Shown here piece after piece: positions 9,690 through 17,193 of a stretch of DNA of 64,000 nucleotides. The notes under the pieces are model-generated. The model was not told the DNA's origin and made no database searches. It saw only the letters and a program-made list of their open reading frames with translations. Within the stretch, counting starts at the first letter, position 1; each line of letters opens with the position of its first letter. A program made the position numbers and the translations under genes. The stretch spans positions 35,208-99,207 of the forward strand of contig JBKQPJ010000015.1 in NCBI GenBank assembly GCA_052326305.1. The letters run 5' to 3'. This DNA comes from Thermoplasmata archaeon. Lineage in GTDB: Archaea; Thermoplasmatota; Thermoplasmata; Lutacidiplasmatales; UBA184.

Positions 9690-11021
9690 GTGATCGGCCG
9701 GCTCCCGTGGGACCCGTTCCCCCCCGGCACGCCCGACCCGAAGGGCCCCGATCCGCTCCAGGCGCTCGTCTACCGCTCGGCGGTCACCGGGGCGGACGCC
9801 TACCGCTCGGTGAGGTTCGCCCTGCGCCGCGAGCACGGGGTGTTGCGCGTGGGGAACCGGTTCGTCGCCGACGGCCGGTACCGGGAGGTCGCGTTCGTCG
9901 CGGCGGGGCACGCGTCGAACTCGATGGCCCTCGCCACCCTCGCGGTCCTCGACGACCGGGTCACGCAAGGGTTCCTGGCCGGTCCGGAACCGGTCTCGGA
10001 GGAGGTCCCCTTCCCGGGGATCCAGCTCCGACCGGGCTGGGGAGGCGACGAGAGCGCCCCCGAGGCCGTGCAGGCCGTCCGGGAGATCGCCGAGCGGCTC
10101 GGGGAGTCCGACCTCCTGATCCTGCTGCTCTCGCCCGGAGCGCTCCGCGCCTTCGGGACACCGCCCCCCGGGATGAGCGCCCCGGAGTTCTCACGGTTCC
10201 TCGAGACCGCGCACACCCGGGGAGCGTCCGGCCGGGAGGTCGGGCTGCTCTCGCGGGTGCTCGGTACGGAAGGCCGGGGGGGCGGCCTCCTTCCCCCCAC
10301 GATGCAGGCGGACGTCGAGACGTTCGTGGTCGAGCGGGGGGACGGGGCGGCGTACGTGGGGGGCGGGCCCACGGTGGCCGTCCGGCCGAACGAGCGGGCC
10401 GAGGCGCGAGCGACGCTCGAGCGGATCGGACTCGGGGACGAGCTCCCGACCGCGGCCCTGGAGGCGTTGCGACCCGACCCTGCCTCCGGACGCGCGCTTC
10501 CGACCTCGGTGCGACGCCCGGTCGTGATCGCGGGACCCCCGGACGCGGTGCGCTCCGCCGCCGACACGACGTTCGACAAGGGGTGGACCGCCCGTCTCGC
10601 CGCGCTCCAGCTGCGCGAACCGCCCGTCGCGGCCGCCGACCGGTTCCTCGACCTCGTCGACGGGATCGTGCGGACCGACCGACCAGGGGCGGATCGCCAC
10701 GCGAAGGGGATCGCGGCGTTCGCGATGCTGACCCTGGACCTTCCCGAAGGGATCGACGAAGGCCCCGCGATGACCGAGTTCCTCGAACGTGCCCGCTTGG
10801 GACTCCGCCGCCGGGAGATGAGCGTCGGACTGTTCCGCACCGCCGGAGCGATCGGCGCCCCCGAACATCCGGCCGGTGCCGTCGTCGGAGCGCCCGCGGA
10901 TCGTTCGGCCCCGGCGGAGCCGAGCGGCTCGCGAGCGCTCCGGATGCAGCCCGGGATCACGGACGTCGGCCTGATCGCGGCCGCCGTCATCCCCCGGCCG
11001 GCCGCCGCGGCGCCGCCGTGA
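9690..11021 (+). CDS. Divergent glycerate 2-kinase/MOFRL (DUF4147)-like protein
   Basis: Overall layout of glycerate kinase type 2 with substituted motifs (AAGHAS, LLLSPGA, RGGGL, GGGPT, TDVG); start uncertain (GTG 9690). Confidence 0.6.
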   Translation: MIGRLPWDPFPPGTPDPKGPDPLQALVYRSAVTGADAYRSVRFALRREHGVLRVGNRFVADGRYREVAFVAAGHASNSMALATLAVLDDRVTQGFLAGPEPVSEEVPFPGIQLRPGWGGDESAPEAVQAVREIAERLGESDLLILLLSPGALRAFGTPPPGMSAPEFSRFLETAHTRGASGREVGLLSRVLGTEGRGGGLLPPTMQADVETFVVERGDGAAYVGGGPTVAVRPNERAEARATLERIGLGDELPTAALEALRPDPASGRALPTSVRRPVVIAGPPDAVRSAADTTFDKGWTARLAALQLREPPVAAADRFLDLVDGIVRTDRPGADRHAKGIAAFAMLTLDLPEGIDEGPAMTEFLERARLGLRRREMSVGLFRTAGAIGAPEHPAGAVVGAPADRSAPAEPSGSRALRMQPGITDVGLIAAAVIPRPAAAAPP

Positions 11022-11023
11022 GG

Positions 11024-11626
11024 TCAGCGAAGCCCGCCGGGCCCGGCCCCCTCGTTCTCGGCCGTCTCGAAATGGCGTTTGAGGGCCATGTACTCGGCGA
11101 ACGATATCTGACGGCGGGCCCGGACCGCCCCGGCCTGCTTGAGCGACGCGATCTGGTAGGTCCGCAACAGATCGGCGACGGGGCGCGCCGCCGGCAGCGC
11201 CTGGTCGGAGGCGACGGGCGCCGCGGCGATCGGATGCTCCGGCACGGGCTCCGGGGGGACCGCGGCGGGCGGTCGGTGCTGCTTCGCGAGGTGCTCGATG
11301 AGGCGATCGTGCTCGGCCAGCGTGATCTCTCCGTCCGAGAAGAGGAGGTCGACCAGGTCGCGCCGCCGGGGCCGGTAGGTCTCCACCAGTTCGGTGATGT
11401 CCCTCTCGGGCCGACCGAGCGGGGCCGCCGCCAGAGGCAATCCGAGCACGGCGTCCAGGTCGGCCGCTAGCCGCTCGAGGGCGGCCTTCAGCTCGGCGGG
11501 CGTCGGCCCGCTTCCGTCGGAGATCGGTTCGAAGCGCACGGTGAGCCGCGCGACACCCGCGCCGGACCCCGGCGGTCCGATCGGGCGCTCGACCGACAGT
11601 TCCACCTCACGGCGACGAGCCGCCAC
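11024..11626 (-). CDS. Hypothetical protein with two SHOCT-like motifs
   Basis: GEITLAEHDRL and RQISFAEYMALK; protein-like composition. Confidence 0.6.
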   Translation of the reverse strand: MAARRREVELSVERPIGPPGSGAGVARLTVRFEPISDGSGPTPAELKAALERLAADLDAVLGLPLAAAPLGRPERDITELVETYRPRRRDLVDLLFSDGEITLAEHDRLIEHLAKQHRPPAAVPPEPVPEHPIAAAPVASDQALPAARPVADLLRTYQIASLKQAGAVRARRQISFAEYMALKRHFETAENEGAGPGGLR

Positions 11627-11702
11627 GGCGCCGGATGGGCTCGGCGGGAGAAAACGTACGCCGAACCGGGCGGTCCGCGACGCCCGGTAGACGGCGCATC
11701 GA

Positions 11703-11743
11703 AGTTACTGTGTTTCACCTGATATAGGGCAGTAACTATAAAT
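11703..11743 (+). promoter_or_regulatory. Inverted repeat operator AGTTACTG-N19-CAGTAACT adjoining TATA box of hxlR-like gene
   Basis: Perfect 8-bp inverted repeat 11703-11710/11730-11737 followed by TATAAAT. Confidence 0.6.
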
Positions 11744-11771
11744 CCGCTCGCGGCGTTCCACCCTCGGAGCG

Positions 11772-12260
11772 ATGGCGATGGAGAGCGACCGGGGTCGGCG
11801 GCCCGCTGGCCCGGGCATGGAGGGTTCCGGGAGCTGCGACGAACGCGAAGGCGAGGCGATCTGCCCCGTACTCGCGGCGGTCGGGGTCATCGGCACGGAG
11901 TGGCGCCTCGCGATCGTGCACCGACTGCTCGAGGGTCCCCAGCGGTTCAGCGAGATCCTGAAGTCGAACCCCCGCCTCAATGCGAAGACGCTCAGTGCGA
12001 CGCTCAAATTCCTCGAGAGCCAAGGGGTCGTGCAGCGCACCGTTGTGAGCACCCGGCCGTTCTCGGTCGTCTACTCGCTCACGGAGATGGGGCTCGGGCT
12101 CGCCCCGGCGGCCCGGGAGCTCCGTCAGTGGGGAGAGCGTTGGCTCCTGCCGCGGCGGGCCGCGGCCCGCGCGGGGACGCCCGCCCGGCGGACCCCGGTG
12201 ATCCAAGGGGAGCTCCCCCGTATCGTCGTCGCCGAGACCGAGGGACGCGGGAAGCGCTGA
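11772..12260 (+). CDS. HxlR/MarR-type winged-helix transcriptional regulator
   Basis: CPVLAAVGVIGTEWRLAIV, RFSEI, LSATLKFLE..GVV.R, YSLTEMG. Confidence 0.88.
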   Translation: MAMESDRGRRPAGPGMEGSGSCDEREGEAICPVLAAVGVIGTEWRLAIVHRLLEGPQRFSEILKSNPRLNAKTLSATLKFLESQGVVQRTVVSTRPFSVVYSLTEMGLGLAPAARELRQWGERWLLPRRAAARAGTPARRTPVIQGELPRIVVAETEGRGKR

Positions 12261-12279
12261 CGGAGCGGCCGGGTCCCTC

Positions 12280-12460
12280 CGGCGCGATACGGTACTCCCT
12301 CCTGACCGTTTCAGGACCTCCCGTTCCGGGCCTCATATAGCCGGGACGGCGTCTTCTCCTTGCAGCCACCCCAGGAAAGGTATCCCCTACATCGCCCAAA
12401 GGAGACAGCACCGTGTCTCGGGCGTGCGGGGACCCTTTCCGTCCCTATCGATCTCGGCCC
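12280..12460 (-). ncRNA. Candidate structured non-coding RNA of unknown class
   Basis: Long nested hairpin GGAAAGG/CCTTTCC, GTCCCC/GGGGAT, CGCCC/GGGCG, GAGACA/TGTCTC, plus GGGACGG/CCGTCCC and CCTGA/TCAGG; G-U pairs favour minus strand; boundaries approximate. Confidence 0.4.
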
Positions 12461-12967
12461 TACGTTCCATCGTTCAAGAGGGGCGCAACGAGCATCGGCC
12501 ACGACCGGGGTGAAAGGGCGACCTCGATGAACCGCCCACGACCGTCCGACCCGCCCCAGCGTCCGCCCGACCCCCAGGTCCGGCTCCGCGCTTCGACGGA
12601 ACCCGACGATCGAACCCTTCCGCCATCCCCGCCCGGACCCCGCGATCCCCGCGGACTCGCCGTCCGCCCCCGGATCCCCGGGACCGACATTACGGCCGAC
12701 TAGTCTCCGCCCCCGATCCGACCCCTCGGGTCCTCGTGCGGACGCTCGGTCGGCCCGGCGGGATCCCTTGCCCCACCCCGCGCCGAGTCCAGCCACCGGG
12801 TGGGACCGCGTCGGCTCGAGACGGGGGTCGACGGGCGGTGTGCTCGAGGTTGGAGTACCTGAGAAGATGGGAACACGACCGAGCGCGTCCTCGCGACCCC
12901 AGACCGACCGCCCCCAACCCGTTCCTCGCCGAACGCTGCCGTCGGCCCGCCCCCGAGGGTCACCGCC

Positions 12968-15589
12968 ATGACGCTCGAGGAGGCCGCCACCCTCCGTTGC
13001 CAAGGCCCCGAACCGCTGCGACGCCGCCTCTACCGGGCGCTGGCGCGGGCGCTCGAGGCGAGCCGGTCCACCGCCGTGGTCGCCTTCCTGACCACGTTGG
13101 AGACCCCCGAGCCGTGGGTCGTGGTTCGTCCCCGTGCCCTCGTCGACGTCGTCCGGTCGGAACCGGTGCTCGAGGCGGCCTGGAGCCCGGCCCGCGCCCC
13201 GTCGATCCTACCGCCGGCGAGTTGGTTCGGCCGGCTCGCGACCGGCGTTCCGCATCGGGGTAGCTTTGTACGTACCGACGCGGACCCGATCGACGTCCCT
13301 CTTGCCGGGCCGCTCGTAGGGCCCACGGGCTGGCTCGCCATCCAAACGTTCTGGGTCGGAGGGAACGGTGGAGGACCCTGGGTGGCCCGACGCTGGTGGT
13401 TCGCCGCCCCCTCGCGCCGACAATCGGCCGACCGCCTCGAAGCGGTCTCCACGGCGGTCGCCCACACCTGGGGCCTCGCGACGGGGCGGCCCGCGCGCCC
13501 GACCCGGCTCCGCCCCGGGGCGCGTCGCGACTGGGTCCGCCTTGGAACCGGTTCGTTCCCCCGACTCGCCTGGATCCCCATCGCCCCCGACCGAATCGAC
13601 GGCACCCCGGAGCCCCGATGGGCCCCGAACGCGCGGTTCGTTCCGGCCCGGGCGGGACACGCGGTCGTGCTCGGGGCGTCGGGCGCCGGGAAGACCTGGT
13701 TCCTCGCGGACCGGGCCGCCCACGCGATCGCGCGGGGAGAGCCGGTCGTCGCGCTCGATCTGCACGGAGACCTCACCCCCTCCATCGTCGCCCGTCTCGA
13801 CCCGGGGGCTCGCTCCCGAGCCGTATGCCTCGATCTGTCGGACCGGCCCGTGCCCGGTATCGCGGCGATCGCCCCGGGGGCCTCCCCCGAACGAGCGGCG
13901 GCCCATCTCGTCGCCGCCCTCAAGCGGTTGACCCCCGACGGCTCCGAGGTCTACTGGGGTTTCCGGCTCGAACGGATCTTCGATTCGTTCGTCCGGCTGG
14001 TCCAAGAGTCGGGGGGCTCGTTGCTCGACCTGCACGCGCTGCTCACGGACCCGGACCTCCGGGACGCGGCTCGGCTGGCCACGCGCGAGCCCGACCTCGC
14101 ACGGTTTCTCGAGGAACTTGGTCCGATCGTACGGCGGACCCCCGATTTCCTGTGGGCGGCGACGGCCCGGCTGGCGAAGGTCGCCGCGATCCCTTCGCTC
14201 GCCGAGCTCTTGGCCCCGGGGGACGGGGGCTTACCGGTCGAGGAGCTCCTGGGGGCCGGGCGCCCGCTCCTCGTCCGGATCCCGCTGGCGCTGCTCGGCC
14301 CGGAGGCGGCCGCGTTCGCCGGGACCCTCGTTCTGGCCCGGATCTACCTCGGGGTGGCCGCGGGGAGGTCGGAGGGCGTACGTCGACCGCCCGCCACGGT
14401 GGTCCTCGACGAGGTCCAGTGCCTCTCTCCCCGGTTGGTCGCGGAGATGCTCGCCGACGGGAGGAAGTTTGGGTTCCGACTCCTCGTCGCGACCCAGTTC
14501 CCCGAGCGGCTGGCCCCCGACCTCCGGTCGGCCGTCGCCGGGGTGGTGCGGGACTTCGTCGCGTTCCGGATCCCCCGACCGAGCGTGGCGGTCGCCGGGG
14601 AATGGCTCGGACTGACCCCCGCCGATTCCGAACGCTGGCTGACCGACCTGCCGGCAGGGCACGGGCTCGCAAGGAATCCGGACGTGCCGGCGATCCAGCC
14701 GATCGGTCCGGTCCCGGGGTCGGCCCTCCCGGAAGAGGAGACCTGGGCGCAGGCGGTGCGCGCCACGCGCGAGGAGTTCGGTCCGTCCGCCTCGAGCGAC
14801 CTCGGCCCGGTGCCGGACGACCCCGCGAGCGAGCGGCTGCTGCTCGCCATCCTCGCCGCGGAAGAGCAGTCGCGGCCCCTCGGCGTGGCCGAGCTCGTCG
14901 GCGCGGCCGGGCGCCTTCCGGGCCCGGCGATCGACGGCGCGTTGTTGTCCGACCGCATCCTCCCGCTCGAGCGTCGCGGCTATTTCCGGCGGGCCGGGGA
15001 CGGCGTACGGCTCACTCCCGCGGGAGAACGGCGCCTCGGCCTGGGCGCTCCGTCCGGCGCTACCCGGGAGAGCGACGAGCATCGGGCCCTCGTCCTCCGA
15101 GCGTTCCGACTGTTCGCGCGCCGGGGGCACCTCCTCGAGGTCGTCCGCCAGGGTCGGTACGACACCCGGCTCCCCGACGCGTTCTACCGCCAGATTCCCG
15201 AACGCGTGCGGGTCGGCCCCCCGGGGGAGCTGGCCGAGACCCTGGACCGGGTCCGGGAGGGATGGGCCTGGCGATTCTTCCGCGGACGCGATGTCCACGT
15301 CGAGGCGGAGGTCTCGGGCGCGCTCCGGCCCGCCCGGATACGCCACGGTCTGGCCAAGGCCCAAGCCCGTCGCGCGTTCGCGCTCTTTCTCGTGACCGAC
15401 GGTCGTCGGGCGGCCCGGGTCCGCGCCACCTTGCGCGGGCTCGGGATCGGCATCGACCGGGCCCAGGTGTGGACCTTGGCCCCCCCCGGAGCCGGCGGCC
15501 CGTCCGGGAGCCCCCGGGACCCCGACCGGTTCGCCCGAGAGACCGCCCACCGGACCGCCGTAGCGGCCCCACCCGTGGATGCATCGTAA
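12968..15589 (+). CDS. HerA/FtsK-VirD4-like (DUF87) ATPase with C-terminal winged helix and possible PD-(D/E)xK domain
   Basis: Walker A GASGAGKT, ALDLHGD, Walker B VVLDEVQ, GRKFG..LVATQ; C-terminal LPDAF..DVHVEAEVSG. Confidence 0.75.
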   Translation: MTLEEAATLRCQGPEPLRRRLYRALARALEASRSTAVVAFLTTLETPEPWVVVRPRALVDVVRSEPVLEAAWSPARAPSILPPASWFGRLATGVPHRGSFVRTDADPIDVPLAGPLVGPTGWLAIQTFWVGGNGGGPWVARRWWFAAPSRRQSADRLEAVSTAVAHTWGLATGRPARPTRLRPGARRDWVRLGTGSFPRLAWIPIAPDRIDGTPEPRWAPNARFVPARAGHAVVLGASGAGKTWFLADRAAHAIARGEPVVALDLHGDLTPSIVARLDPGARSRAVCLDLSDRPVPGIAAIAPGASPERAAAHLVAALKRLTPDGSEVYWGFRLERIFDSFVRLVQESGGSLLDLHALLTDPDLRDAARLATREPDLARFLEELGPIVRRTPDFLWAATARLAKVAAIPSLAELLAPGDGGLPVEELLGAGRPLLVRIPLALLGPEAAAFAGTLVLARIYLGVAAGRSEGVRRPPATVVLDEVQCLSPRLVAEMLADGRKFGFRLLVATQFPERLAPDLRSAVAGVVRDFVAFRIPRPSVAVAGEWLGLTPADSERWLTDLPAGHGLARNPDVPAIQPIGPVPGSALPEEETWAQAVRATREEFGPSASSDLGPVPDDPASERLLLAILAAEEQSRPLGVAELVGAAGRLPGPAIDGALLSDRILPLERRGYFRRAGDGVRLTPAGERRLGLGAPSGATRESDEHRALVLRAFRLFARRGHLLEVVRQGRYDTRLPDAFYRQIPERVRVGPPGELAETLDRVREGWAWRFFRGRDVHVEAEVSGALRPARIRHGLAKAQARRAFALFLVTDGRRAARVRATLRGLGIGIDRAQVWTLAPPGAGGPSGSPRDPDRFARETAHRTAVAAPPVDAS

Positions 15590-15616
15590 ATCTGGGCCCT
15601 CTCTCACCGGCGCGGC

Positions 15617-16198
15617 ATGCGCGCGTTCGTCGCGGTCGAGGTCCCGCCGATCGGAGGGCCCGCCGAAGGCGGCGGTTCGGCCCCGGAGCACCTCACCCTC
15701 CTCTTCCTGGGCGAGGTGCGCGCGGAACGGGTCGGCCCGATCACCGAGCGTCTCGAGGAGGTGGCCCGGGGCCACGCTCCGTTCGACGTGCGGATCGAGG
15801 GGGTCGGCGCCTTCCCGTCGGCCGACGCCCCGCGCGTGCTCTGGATCGGGTCGACCCTCGGAACGGCGGAGCTCATCGGTCTCGCCGGGAAGGTCCGGGA
15901 GGCCCTGCGGGGGGAAGGGACCGCGACCCCGGAGCAAACGTTCGTTCCCCACGTCACCTGGTTTCGCGTGCGGTCGGCGGAGAGCCGGCGGGCGGCGGTC
16001 GATCTGCTCCGGGGCCGGCGACCCGTTCCGCCCCCGCGGCAGACCCGGATCGAGGAGTTCGTGCTGAAGGAGAGCCTCCTCAGCGCTCGAGGCGCGGTTC
16101 ACCGGACGGTCGCGGTCTTCCGCCTCGGGGGCCGGGGCTCCCCGGACGACATCGCCGATCCGCTGGCCCGGTCCTCGACGAGCTTCCGCCAGAGATAG
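15617..16198 (+). CDS. thpR: RNA 2',3'-cyclic phosphodiesterase (2H family)
   Basis: MRAFVAV, HLTLLFLGEV, PRVLWIG, FVPHVT. Confidence 0.9.
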   Translation: MRAFVAVEVPPIGGPAEGGGSAPEHLTLLFLGEVRAERVGPITERLEEVARGHAPFDVRIEGVGAFPSADAPRVLWIGSTLGTAELIGLAGKVREALRGEGTATPEQTFVPHVTWFRVRSAESRRAAVDLLRGRRPVPPPRQTRIEEFVLKESLLSARGAVHRTVAVFRLGGRGSPDDIADPLARSSTSFRQR

Positions 16199-17055
16199 AG
16201 CGTGGCGTAACTCCCCCAGCCCGGGTAGTTCCGATCGGCCCAGGCCCGGGCCGCCTCCTCGGGGGCGGCGCGCGGCACGGCCCCGAACCGGTCCAGGGCG
16301 ACGCGCAGCCCGAGGTCCCCGGCGACGAAGACGTCCCGCCGGCCGACCCCGCGCAGCAGCGCGTTCTCCGCGGTCCAGCGCCCGACCCCGTCCAGCTGTT
16401 CCAGCAAGGCGCGCGCCGGGCCGAGCGGCAGACCCGCCAGGCGCGCGGCCGGGGGCGGTCGGCGCGAGGCCCAGGCGGCGAGACCGAGCAGGGCGCGCGA
16501 TTTGGCGGCGCTCAGCCCGACCGCGCGGAGCACCGGCGCTCCCGCCGCGAGGAGGCGGGACGGGGGCGGGACCCAGGGGACCGAGATCCCGTCCGCCTCG
16601 AGCCATCCGTCGAGGCGGGCCAACAGCCGGGCCTTGATCGCGTTCGCCGCGGCCACGGAGAGTTGCTGGCCGACGATCGCATGGAGCAGCGCCTCGTACA
16701 GGTTCGCATCCCGGGGGATGCGAAGACCTCGGAACGAACGTTCCGTGCCCCGAAGTGCCGGCTCCGCGCGCGTGAGGCGGTAGAACTCCTCGATCGGATG
16801 ATCGAGGGAGAATAGGGCGCGGGCTCCCGCCCGAGCCTCGGCCGGTCCGGCGCCCCAGGCCTCGACCCGCCAACGTCGTCCGTCGATCTCCACCCCGAGG
16901 ATCCAGGGCCGTTCGGGCGGGCCCCACGCGCGCAGCAACCGGCGACCGTCCTCCGCGAACACGAGCGCCCGCGAGGAGTACTCCAGCTGGGCGCGTTCTC
17001 CCGGAAGGGAGGAGAGCCGCGGGGGAGCGAGCGACGTCCGGACCGGTCGAGACAC
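16099..17055 (-). CDS. alkA: DNA-3-methyladenine glycosylase II (AlkA family)
   Basis: YEALLHAIVGQQLS, GLSAAK, LDGVGRWTAE, DVFVAGDLG, SYATLYLW. Confidence 0.85.
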   Translation of the reverse strand: MSRPVRTSLAPPRLSSLPGERAQLEYSSRALVFAEDGRRLLRAWGPPERPWILGVEIDGRRWRVEAWGAGPAEARAGARALFSLDHPIEEFYRLTRAEPALRGTERSFRGLRIPRDANLYEALLHAIVGQQLSVAAANAIKARLLARLDGWLEADGISVPWVPPPSRLLAAGAPVLRAVGLSAAKSRALLGLAAWASRRPPPAARLAGLPLGPARALLEQLDGVGRWTAENALLRGVGRRDVFVAGDLGLRVALDRFGAVPRAAPEEAARAWADRNYPGWGSYATLYLWRKLVEDRASGSAMSSGEPRPPRRKTATVR

Positions 17056-17193
17056 GTCCGATCGACCGGCACGCCGCTATGAGGAGATTGCGGGGGTCAT
17101 CGTTCAACGGCCCTCCGCCGTCAGGGAACGGTTAAACGTCCCGGGCCCGTTCGAGTCCGACCCGCGCCCGTCCCGGGGGTCCAGGCGGAGAGG

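Noticed and set aside
12280..12540. RNase P RNA, hammerhead ribozyme or group II intron domain V
   Set aside because: Conserved motifs (GAGGAAAGUCC, CUGAUGA..GAAA, catalytic-triad hairpin) are absent or out of order; kept only as an unknown structured element.
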